Shown piece by piece: positions 11,060 through 22,104 of a stretch of 64,000 nt of DNA. The position numbers and the translations under genes are program-made. Source of the stretch: Yuukianura sp. NJ FZ-2021 (Eukaryota). Below the pieces are notes generated by a model that saw only the letters and a list, made by a program, of their open reading frames with translations, did not search any database and was not told the DNA's origin. The stretch's first letter is position 1. Every line of letters starts with the position of its first letter. The stretch covers positions 1,984,001 to 2,048,000 of the forward strand of contig CM102284.1 in assembly GCA_046563655.1 (NCBI GenBank). Direction: 5' to 3'.

Positions 11060-11786
11060 ATGAAGGCGGCGTTTCTCACATTGGTGGCGGGGTTGCTCTG
11101 CGCAAATACTTTCTCAACGGTAATCAAACCACCAACATGTAAGAAAAACAATATATACTTTAAATATAACAAATTGAAAAAAAAAACTTCTAGAAAATTT
11201 TTGATTGTTCTAAGTGCATGCATTCTAACTACCATAGACTTTTTTTGACAAAACGACAAAAGGTAAAGAAGTTAAAATACATGAGCTGAGAATTGAAGGG
11301 TGTCAGGCCGAGCCATGCAAAATTGTGAAGGGTACAAACGTGCCAATTGAAGTGGATTTTGAATTTCAAAACCCAAAAGTATCCACGGACATTTGAATTT
11401 TAGTCCTGCTGAAGAATTGGGTACAAGAAGGTAAAGAAAACAGTAAAGGATTGTCAGTCTTAGAAGGCATTGGCTGCGAAGCACTTAAAATTGAATGTCC
11501 AGTAATATATGGCACAAGGTATTCGCTTCATTCGGTAATTCACGTCGACTCAACCTCCAGAAATGCAATAACGTCAAACGAAACGGTAATTCTTTGATAT
11601 TTCAACTGCACATTGGGTTGTATCAATTACTTTTTACCCAGTAGTAATAAAGAATAACACACAATGAAGTCATTTTTATTTTAGGGAGAAGGAAAAGCAG
11701 AAGTTCTCTTCCAAGTTAACGACGACCTGGGCGAAGCAGACGCATTCTGTGAATTTTCATTTGTTTTAGAAATAGTACCAAAATAA
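11060..11786 (+). pseudogene. NPC2/ML-domain gene copy A with in-frame nonsense codon
   Basis: Same 3-exon structure as copies B-F (exon 2 from 11263, exon 3 ends TAA 11786). In-frame TGA at 11394-11396 where paralog C has TCG. Confidence 0.75.
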
Positions 11787-11859
11787 ACGCTGTACCGAAA
11801 AGAGCGTACCGAAGACCAACACGATTTTCCTTACTTTTTTTAGTCTTCTGGAGACGCAT

Positions 11860-12240
11860 GTCTACGACATGCTGAAGAAGACTATTGATTTGATATGACT
11901 TTGTCTGTCTGTCTGTCTGTCCGTCTGCAACGTTTTTTAGTACTCTTTGCACTGAAACGTTAGCCCCATTATTGACGGGGTTACTGTATCGCTAAAGTGT
12001 TTTCGTTAGGTCTGCATTCCACTCAAAGTGTTATATTAACAATGCAGAAATGGGCGGCTACTTTACGTACCCGCTGTATCGTGGCTCACCGAAATTTTTT
12101 GGTTTCGATTGCACTCAAAATATTTTTAAACAACGGACTTTTGATCTGGTCATTTTCTGATAGTATGTTTAGTTACGTTGTTAACTTAAACCTGCTCAGA
12201 GGATAGAAATTACGACTTAAATTTGTAATCTGTAAACAGT
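11860..12240. mobile_element. Possible DINE-1/HINE (Helentron-associated)-like insertion
   Basis: (GTCY)n microsatellite at ~11902-11927 in a segment that interrupts the NPC2 3' flank and is absent behind the paralogs. Boundaries approximate. Confidence 0.35.
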
Positions 12241-12755
12241 GCTTAGCAAGGTTCTCAAAAGTCTCAACCAAAAGTTCCTAAAATGTTCAACTAACATAAT
12301 AACCTAACTAAAATTCGTTTTCCCCCCAACTTTTAGCAAAGAGGAACTTCCTATTATAACAAGCTGACAAGATTGTTGACTATTGATATCTCACCCGTTC
12401 AACGAGAAAATTCTAATAGATACCTTTCAGTTTCTTTTCCCATAACATTAACTATGATTCTCTTTGGATGTTTGTTTTTTAAAATTTTTTTGAAATTCAG
12501 TTCGTTCTTCAAAGTTATAACTCGGTTAACTTTGATGATGATTTGACTTATTTTCAAAATTTTTGAAATGTGTTGACCTTTAAACAAATGAGCAGTTGAT
12601 TAATACAACGTTGATTGTAGTTGAAATGGCCATTAAGAAATTCTTATTTTTCAGGAAGTCACCTAAATGTTTACTTTGAATTTCTGAATACCTTACGGTG
12701 ATAAAATCCTTGGACTTTTGAAGGTTAGAAATATATTTTTAAAAAAACTGCAAAT

Positions 12756-12907
12756 ATGAAGTCGACGTTTTTCGCACTCATGACGGATTTGCACTGCTCA
12801 AGTGCGTCTCGAAGAGAAAATTTTTGAAAGTGCATGGATGCTTCCTAACTAACAAGGAAAACATTTTTTTTGTGAAATTGACAGGTACTGAAAATCCATG
12901 ATGTGGG
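12756..12907 (+). pseudogene. Degenerate NPC2/ML remnant (signal-peptide exon plus start of exon 2)
   Basis: ATGAAGTCGACGTTTTTCGCACTCATGACG... and GAAAATCCATGATGT match paralog exons 1 and 2; frameshifted and truncated. Confidence 0.6.
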
Positions 12908-13318
12908 TCATTAGTGGGATCTTTTTGTCTTCCGAAATTGTAAGTAAGGGTAGCGTCAGCTTTGGTTCGATCCATTTTCCTGATTTGTTTCAAAAATTAT
13001 TAAAATGTGCTTACAGTGAAACAGTTAAACAGTAAATCGATTCGACTTCTTCAAATGTCCATTGTCTAAGAACATTTTATATTTCAGTTAACTTGAACTT
13101 TTCCACATAAAAAAAAACTACTTCCGCTATCATTCGTCATGCAATCTGACCCTTATTGAGAACACAAGGAAGTTAATTTGAATGTTAATTTAGGTGAAAT
13201 TAATCTTCAATCAGTGTCCTGTCAAATTCGTCCAGTATCAATCCCTCATCAATTCCAGTATCAAAGCTATTCAATCCCCGGACTATTGAAAGTTAGAAAT
13301 CACTGAAAAACTGCAAAA

Positions 13319-14018
13319 ATGAAGTCAGCGTTTTTCGTACTGGTGACGATTACGCTCTGCTCAACAGCGTACTCAACGGTAATCAAACCACCAAAATGTA
13401 AGAAAAGCAATTTTTCTAATTTAAAGACTAAAAGATCGTAGAAAATTTTTTGATTATGCTGAGAGCGTGTGAGTTCTAATTAGCAAATTAAATATTTTTT
13501 TGTCAAAAGGCAATAGTATGAAAATCCATGACGTACGGGTTGAAGGATGTAGCGCCGAGCCATGTAAAATTGTCAAAGGTAAGAATGTGTCTATTGAAGT
13601 TGATTTCGAATTCGAAAAACCACCAGTAGCCAAGGACATTTCGATGGCCATCCTCGTCTATAATTGGGCAAATGCCGGACAAACAAATTATGACGGAAGA
13701 GAGATCGGGAAACCATCCAAGGGTTGTAAAGAATTACAAATTAAGGAATGCCCGCCAAAGTCAGGCGTAAAGCACACGCTAAAGTCGTCAATTTTCGTTG
13801 GAGCGGACTCCAGCGATACAAAAACATCAAGCCAAACGGTAATTCGTTTAACTCCCCATTGAATTGAATTACTATTAACAAGGAAAAGCATAAGAAAAGA
13901 AAAATTTTTATTTCAGGGAGAAAGGACCGTAACAGGTCTCATACAAGCTTGTGACTACGGCACTCAAGTGTTCTCAGATTGTGAATTCACATTACTTTTA
14001 AGTTTTGTGCCAAAATAG
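13319..14018 (+). CDS. NPC2/MD-2-related (ML-domain) secreted lipid-binding protein, copy B
   Basis: Signal-peptide exon, exon 2 from 13510 (VRVEGCSAEPCKIVKGKNVSIEVDF...CKEL...ECP), exon 3 to TAG 14018. Six-Cys ML pattern. Confidence 0.85.
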
Positions 14019-14677
14019 ATGCTTTGATTGTGAAAAACTTATCTTCATTTCAAGTTAGTTATTTTAAGAACAATTCATTCTGTATTGGGCATTGGTCATA
14101 TAATTAAACAAATATATCACACAATTAAATCCCACCATGTGTTTTGTAATATTCTGAAATAAATCCTGTAATTCTGAATTAACCTAACCTAAACTTCAAC
14201 ACGTTTTTTTTCAACCTTTAGCAAATCTAACAATCTTTAGCAATCTGACAAGATTGTTGAACAGGGATAACTTCAAACGGGAACAAAAAAATTCTGAAGT
14301 CTAAAATTCTAACATCAGCGTTGATTTGATCCATTTCCAAGTCTATTTCAAAAATTATTATAATTATTATTACATTGTTGACAACGTATTGACAGTAAAA
14401 CAATTGAACAGTAAATCGATCTGACTTTTTTGAATGACCATTGTCTAAGAACTTTTTATAATTCAGTTACCTTGAACTTTTCCACATAAAAAACTACTTC
14501 CGCTATCATTCCTCATGCGATCTGACCCTTATTGAGAACATAAGGAAATTAATTTGAATGTTACTTTAGGTGAAATTAATCTTCAATCAGTGTTCTCTTA
14601 ACTTCGTCCAGTATCATTCCCCTCATCAAATCCAGTATCCAGTATATTGAAAGACAAAGCACTAAAAAACTGCAAAG

Positions 14678-15395
14678 ATGAAGTCAGCGTTTCTTGCATT
14701 GGTGGCGGGGATGCTCTACGCAAATGCGTTCTCAATGGTAATCAAACAACCAAAATGTAAGAAAAACTTTAAATTTGAAAAATTTAAAAAAAAAAATCTA
14801 GAAAATGCTTGATTGTTCTAAGTACATGCATTCTAACTGCAATAATTTTTTTTTTGACAAAACGACAAAAGGTGACGAAATTAAAATACATGACGTGAGG
14901 ATTCAAGGGTGCCAGGCCGAGCCATGTAAAATTGTGAAGGGTACAAAGGTGCCAATTGAAGTGGATTTCGAATTTCAAAAGCCAAAAGTATCCTCGGACA
15001 TATCGTTTTTCGTCATGGTGAACAATTGGTTCCCAGGAGGTATAGACAACGGTGAAGGAGTGTCAGTCGGAGACGGTGCTACCTGCGAAGACCTTAAACT
15101 TAAATGTCCACTAACATCAGGCACAAGATATACGCTAAAGTCGGTAATTCACGTCGACCCAACCGCCAGAGTTGCAAGAACGTCAAGCCAAACGGTAATT
15201 CCTTGATATTTCAACTGCACATTGGGTTGGATCAATTACTTTTCACCCAGTAGTAATAAAGAATAAGACATAATGAAGTCATTTTTATTTTAGGGAGAAG
15301 GAAAAGCAGAAGCTCTCATCCAAATTAACGAGGACGGGCACGTCGGCGACAGGTTTTGTGAATTTTCATTTGGTTTAAAAATGGTACCAAAATAG
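14678..15395 (+). CDS. NPC2/ML-domain protein, copy C
   Basis: 3 exons; IQGCQAEPCKIVKGTKVPIEVDF...CEDLKLKCP; closest to copy A. Confidence 0.85.
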
Positions 15396-15510
15396 GTGCA
15401 TGTTTTTAATTAAATAAAAACCTTTTACAGGAAAAATACAATAAAAAATAAACGGTGTATCGAAAATAAAGTTCCAATGATCAACACGATTTCCTGTACT
15501 TTTTTTTATG

Positions 15511-15591
15511 CCTGCATTAAAATTTGTGGTAATGCTTATGCTCATTGGCTCTACGTTTTCGGCTATCCATTTTGGAACAAGCATGGGTGTA
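15511..15591 (+). pseudogene. Fragment of the 9056-10351 GR-like gene
   Basis: cctgcatt.aaatttgtggtaatg.ttatgctcattggctctac.ttttcggc.atccattttggaacaag.atgggtgta matches ~9974-10053. Confidence 0.8.
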
Positions 15592-16794
15592 TCTGACGAT
15601 ACTTAATAAAATGGACAATCGGTTTTTGTTAATTTCTACAGTTAACTATTACTAATGCTCTCTCTTATCACTGTAATTGCTTTGTTAAAGTATTGCTTTG
15701 CATACAATAGTTATTTGGATCCCCTTGTCCTGTAACAAGTGTTGGGATTTTCAGGAATTTTTTTTTGTAGAAATGAAAAAAAAAAACTTTTATAAACCCC
15801 ATGTGAAATTAGTTTTGAATTCAAATTTGCTGTATCAACATTATTGGATGGATTGCTGAACTGTTTTAATTGCTTGAAGAATTAATACAATACTGATTGG
15901 TTACAGCCTTGAACAAAATGAAATTACCGAACTGGAGAATCTGAAAATTTTAAGCAATGGGCCTAACTTTGGATCAAAATCTTTTATTAGCTACGTATGA
16001 AGACGTGCTCTCAAAGTTTTCAATCAAAAGTTCCTAAAATGTTCAACTTACATAGCCTAACTAAAATTCGTTTTCCCCCAACTTCTAGCAAAGGGAGAAC
16101 TTCCTAAACAAGCTGACAAGATTGTTGACTATTGATATCTCAGCCGTTAACGAAAAAATACGTAACATTTACTTTGATTCTATTTGGATGTTTGTTTTTT
16201 AAAATTTTTCTGAAATTCAGTTCGTTCTTCAAAGTTATAACTCTTAACTTTGATGATGATTTGACTCATTTTCGAAATTTTTGAAATGTGTTGACCTTTA
16301 AACAAATGAGCAGTTGATTAATACAACGTTGATTGTAGTTGAAATGGCCATTAAGAAATTCTTGTTTTTCAGGAAGTCACCTACTTTGAATTTGTTCCAA
16401 TTAACATTTTGTCTTCCGAAATTGTAAGTAAGGGTAGCGTCAGTATTGATTCGATCCATTTTCTGGTTCGTTTGAAAAATTATTAAAATGTTGTGACAGT
16501 TAAACAGTAAATCGATCCGACCTCTTTAAATGCCCATTGTCTAAAAACATTTGATACTTCAGTTACCTTGAACTTTTCCACATAAAAATCTACTTCCGCT
16601 ATCATTCGTCATGCGATCTGACCCTTATTGAGAAGACAAGGATGTTAATTTGAATGCTAATTTAGGTGAAATTAATCTTCAATCAGCGTCCTGATAACTT
16701 CGTCCAGTATCATTCCCTCGTCAAATCCAGTATCAAAAGTATTCAATTCCTGAACTATTGGAAGTTAGGAATCACTGGGAAAAAAACTGCAACA

Positions 16795-17494
16795 ATGAAG
16801 TCAGCGTTTCTCACACTAGTGACGGCAGCGTTCTGCTCAACTGCATACTCAACGGTAGTCAAACCAGCAGATTGTAAGAATTTAAGAATAATTCAAATAA
16901 TAATTCAAATTTAAAGAATAAAAGATCCTAGAAAAAATTAGAAAAAGTTCTAATTAGCAAATTAAATATTTTTTTTTGTCAAAAGGCAAAGATATGAAAA
17001 TCAATGACGTAAGGGTTGAAGGATGCAGCGCCGAGCCATGTAAAATTGTGAAGGGTAAGAATGTGTCTGTTGAAGTTGATTTCGAATTCGTAAAACCAGC
17101 CGTAGCCAAGGACATTACGATGGCTATCCTCGTCTATAATTGGGCAAATGCCGGTCAAACAAATTATGACGGAAGAGAGATCGGGATAACATCCCGGGGT
17201 TGTAAAGAACTCCAAATTAAGGAATGCCCGGCAACGTCAGGCGTAAAGCACACGCTAAAGACGTCAATTTTCGTTGGATCGGACTCCAGCGATACAAAAA
17301 CTTCAAGCCAAACGGTAATTCGTTAATACTTTAACTCCTCATTGAATTGAATTACTAAGAAAAAGCATAACGAAAAATTTTTATTTCAGGGAGAAAGAAC
17401 GGTTCAAGTTCTCATGAACGCTCGTGACGGCGGCGTTCATGTGCCGCCCTCATATTGTGATTTCACATTACTTTTAAGTTTTGTGCCAAAATAA
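16795..17494 (+). CDS. NPC2/ML-domain protein, copy D
   Basis: 3 exons; nearly the same as copy B (YNWANAGQTNYDGREIG). Confidence 0.85.
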
Positions 17495-18169
17495 ATGCTT
17501 TGATTGTGAAAAAGTTATCTTCATTTCAAGTTAGTTATTTTAAGAACAATTCATTCTGTATTGGGCATTGGTCATACAATGAAACAAATATGTCACACAA
17601 TTAAATTCCACCATGTGTTTTGGTAATGTTCTGAAATAAATCCTGTAATTCTAAAATAACCTAGCCTAAACTTCAACGTTTTTTTTTCAACCTTTAGCAA
17701 AGTAAGATTTCAGACGTATCAATATGACAAGATTATTGAGCAAGAATACTTCAAATGGGAACAAAGAAATTCGGAATTTTAATTCAGAATTGATTCTAAT
17801 TCAGAAAGTCAGCGTTAATTTGATCCATTTCCAAGTTTATTTCAAAAATTATTATTACATTGTTGACTACGTATTGACAGTGAAACAATTGAACAGTAAA
17901 TCGATCCGACTTTTTTAAATGTCCATTGTCTTGTAACTTTTTATATTTCAGTTACCTTGAACTTGTCCACATAAAAAACGACTTCCGCAATCATTCGTTT
18001 TGCGATGTGACCCTTATTGAGAACGCAAGGAAGTAAATTGAATGTTAATTTAAGTTAAATTAATCTTCAATCAGTGTCCTGTTAACTTCGTCCACTATAA
18101 ATCCCCTTTTCGACTCCAGTACCAAACTTATTCAATTCCTAGTTAGAAAGCACTCAAAAAACTGCAAAA

Positions 18170-18857
18170 ATGAAGTTGGCGTTTCTCGCACTGGTGACGG
18201 TTTCGCTCTGCTCAACTGCGTACTCAACGGTAACCAAACCAGTAAAATGTAAGGAAAGCAATTCTTAAAGAATAAAAAGTTTTACAAAATTTTGGTTATT
18301 CTGAGAGCGTGAGTCTAACTAGGAAATTAAATATTTTCTTGTTGTCAAAAGGCAAAGATATGAAACTCCATGAAGTGAGGATTGAAGGGTGCAGTGCTGA
18401 TCCATGCCAAGTTGTGAAGGGAAAGAATTTGTCTGTAGAAATCGACTTTGAATTTCAAAAACCACCAGTAGCCTCGAACATCTCGGTTTCAGCACTTATC
18501 TCGGGATGGATAGCACAAGGTGAAAAACATGGTGAAGGATATCGCGTCGTGACTCCACGATATATGTGCGATAACCTAAAAGATTCAAAATGCCCGGCAG
18601 CATCAGGCGTAAAGCATACGTTAAGGGGGTCAATGTACGTCGCTCCAAACTCCATGGACATGAGGACGTCAAGCCAAGCGGTAATTCTTGGATGTTTTAA
18701 CTGCACATCGAATTGTGTCATTAACTGTTCACAAAATCTAATTTTTATTTAGGGAGATAGAGAAATAGAGATCTCCGTCGACATTTTGGACGCCAAAGGC
18801 CTTGGCGCGACCGCAACTTGTTATTTCCCTTTGACCTTACAAATTGTACAACAATAA
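18170..18857 (+). CDS. NPC2/ML-domain protein, copy E
   Basis: 3 exons; IEGCSADPCQVVKGKNLSVEIDF...CDNLKDSKCP; ends TAA 18857. Confidence 0.85.
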
Positions 18858-19788
18858 ACGCTTTGATTCTCAAAAAAAGTTCTCATTTCTAAAAAAACAA
18901 GTTCAGTTTTTAGTTTATATTTCCTCGGCTACAAAACTCACTCACGTATAAGACGTAACCCACAAATTCTCAAAAATGCCACAACTAGAACGAAAAGCTA
19001 AAGTTCAAAGTTCAAAGTTTACATAAGTTTACATTTGCATCACCCTTCGTAACGAACTTCTACCTATTGAATTTTGAAAAAAAAACTTCTCAAATTCCGT
19101 TTGTCGTTCAAAATTGTAACTTAGGTAAACTTTGACGTTGATTTGATTCATTTCCACTATTTCCGAATTTTTTATAATGTGTTGACCCTGAAATAAATGC
19201 ACCGTAGATCGATCCGATTAGTTGGAATGCCCATTGTGTCAGAAATTCTTATTTTTCAGGAAGTACTCCGACCTTCCAATCAACATAAAGTATGGTCTGT
19301 CTGGCCGACCGTCCGACCATAGTGATGGTCGGATGGCAGCCGATGAATCGGCGGCAACTAATTCGGACACGGTTCAACATTTCCGGGATTTTTTTGTCGT
19401 CCGAAATTCTAACTAAAGGGCTAACGTCACAACGTTTATTTGATCAATTTCCTGGTTCATTTCAGAAATTATTAAAATGTGTTGACAGTGAAACAGTTAA
19501 ACATTAAATCGATTCGACTTCTTTAAATGCGCATTGTCTAAGAACTTTTTATATTTCAGTTACGTTGAACTTTTCTAAATAAAAAACGGCTTCCGCTATC
19601 ATTTGTCATGCAATCTGACCCTTATTGAGAAGACAAGGAAGTTAATTGAATGTTAATTCAGGTAAAATTAATCTTCAATCAGTGTCCTGTTAACTTCGTT
19701 CACTATCAATCTCTCATCAAATCCAGTATCAAAGGTGTTCAATCCCCGGAATATCGAAAGTTAGAAATCACTGAAGAAAACTGGAAAA

Positions 19789-20492
19789 ATGAAGTCAACG
19801 TTTCTCGTACTGGTGACGGCTGCGCTCTGCTCAACTGCGTACTCAACAGTAGTCAAACCAGCAGATTGTAAGGAAAGCAATTCTTCACATTTAAAAAATA
19901 AAAATGTCTTAAAATCATTTTTGATTATTCTTGAGAGCGTGGGTTCTTATTTACTAACAAATTAAGCATTTTGTGTTATCAAAAGGCAAAGATATGAAAC
20001 TCCATGAAGTGAGGATTGAAGGGTGCAGTGCCGATCCATGTCAAATTGTGAAGGGGAAAAATTTGTCTGTAGAATTTGACATTGAATTTCAAAAACCAGA
20101 CGAAGCCTACGACTTTTTCGTTTCAGCCCTTGCACGGGAATTGATAGTAAAAGGTGAAAAACGTGGTGAAGGATATCGCGTCCTGACTCCACGAGATGGC
20201 TGCGAAGCATTTAAAGTTAAATGCCCGGCAAAAGCAGGCGTAAAGCATACGTTAAAGATGTCAATGTACGTCGCTCCAAACTCCGTAGACTTCAGGACGT
20301 TAATCCCAACGGTAATTCTTTGATATTTTAACTGAATTGTGCCATTGTGTCATTTGATTTTCACAATCAAGTTAATAACATGTTGACGAACCTATTTTTA
20401 TTTAGGCAGAAACAAAAGTCCCGGTTACCATCGAGGCTAATGGCGCCGGAAATTGTTATTTAGAATTGAACTTAAAATTTGTAGAAAAATAG
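19789..20492 (+). CDS. NPC2/ML-domain protein, copy F
   Basis: 3 exons; closest to copy E; shorter exon 3 ending TAG 20492. Confidence 0.8.
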
Positions 20493-22104
20493 ACGCTTTG
20501 ATCATGAAGTAAAGTTATCCTTGTTTGTCAGAAACAAATTCAGTTTTTTAGTTTGTATTTCCTCGCCTACAAGACGCATGTACAAATTCACAAAAATACC
20601 TCAATTACTAAAACAAAAGACAGCAATTTGAAGGAAGTTCAAAGTTAAAAATTTTCATCTGCACCACCCTTCTTAACGAACTAACAAACTTCTGCTTATT
20701 GAATTTTAAACTTTTTGACAATTAGCTTGAAAACAAATATGTTTCCCAAATCATTCACTGCAGAATTTGAATTCGAATACCGTTGAATACCGTTGGAAGT
20801 TTCACTAATGGTTACGTTTGTACTTTGCGATTTTTGTACCTCTCATTGGGATTTTTTAGTTTTGTAAGGAAGTCAAGTCAACAACCTTTAATTTTCTCAT
20901 GTTAGATTTCTTTTGTCTTTGAACTTTGCAAATTGTGAAAGTTAGTCTAAAAATAGACTCATTGTCATTTTCCAAGAACAACGTAATCCTCACATTGTTA
21001 GCATATTCAATTACGCTGGAGTAACTCGTAACTCCTGTCCTGTTTTTCTAGTTTCCGGTCTGAGCCCTATAAAAGGACTCAGTTTGCTGTACAAACTAAC
21101 TTTACCTTTTCATTCTTTAAAATCACTAAAACTCTGCCAGTCGTGTGACTGACAGAGTTCATTGAACTTTGAAAAATAAAAGTTAACCTCATTGCAACTT
21201 GCAATCTCAAATCGTGTTTTGGAAAGTTCGTTATTTTAATCTAGAATTAACGTCTTTTCATTACAGTTTAATAAGTTTTCTCTGAGAGTTTAGTTTGTGT
21301 ATTTTTTTTATTTTGAAATTGAATATGAAGGCATTCATGACTAGAACTGAACCAATTATATACTTGTTATTCAACAGTATAAAAAATTCAACTAAACATG
21401 ACTTTTCTACTTTTTGTGGTGAATCTTTGTCTACTTTGAGTTAAGAAGAAAATTAAACTCTAAAAAATTAGTCTTACTACTAATTCACATAAACCCAATC
21501 TCAAGGCCGAGTGACAACAAAAGACACTTGACGTTTGACACTTGAAAGACTTGAAATGTACATCATCCAACACGGCGACAATTTTTTTTCTTCAAAGTTT
21601 TTCTCGATAAGGTGATATAAAATGAGTAAACAAAATTAGTTTCAGATTTCGTTTTCAATTGGTTTGGAGTTTTGGTTACCAGCGTCACTATTCTCTGCTT
21701 GTGATCTAATTTGTGTCTTTTCCAAGAACTGGAGTGGCTTGAACTTATTTCATCCAAGGTGTCAAATTGTCCATCAATAGCACTTGCCTTCCAAGTACAC
21801 TTTGACGCTCGTTCTCAGAACTGTTTGCTTTCCGATTTGTAACTATTCTAATAAGTATTTTTTTCCTCATTCGAGGTCACATTCTCGCATGTGCACTACA
21901 AATTAGACAAAAAAGTTACTTCAGGAAACAGTTAACTTTTTAGTTTCATTTGAGGCACAAGCTCAATCACTTCCGAAAACCTTGATTTACAAGGCGAACG
22001 GAACTACACACAAAAGCTCAACTTGAAATTTCTACAAATTAGTGAAAGTGAATTTAGGACAAGTTTAGCACGAAATTTAAAAAAAAAAGCCTTTGAAAAT
22101 CAAC

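Noticed and set aside
11394-11396. Selenocysteine recoding of the TGA
   Set aside because: It aligns to Ser rather than Cys in paralogs, and no SECIS-like element was recognised downstream.
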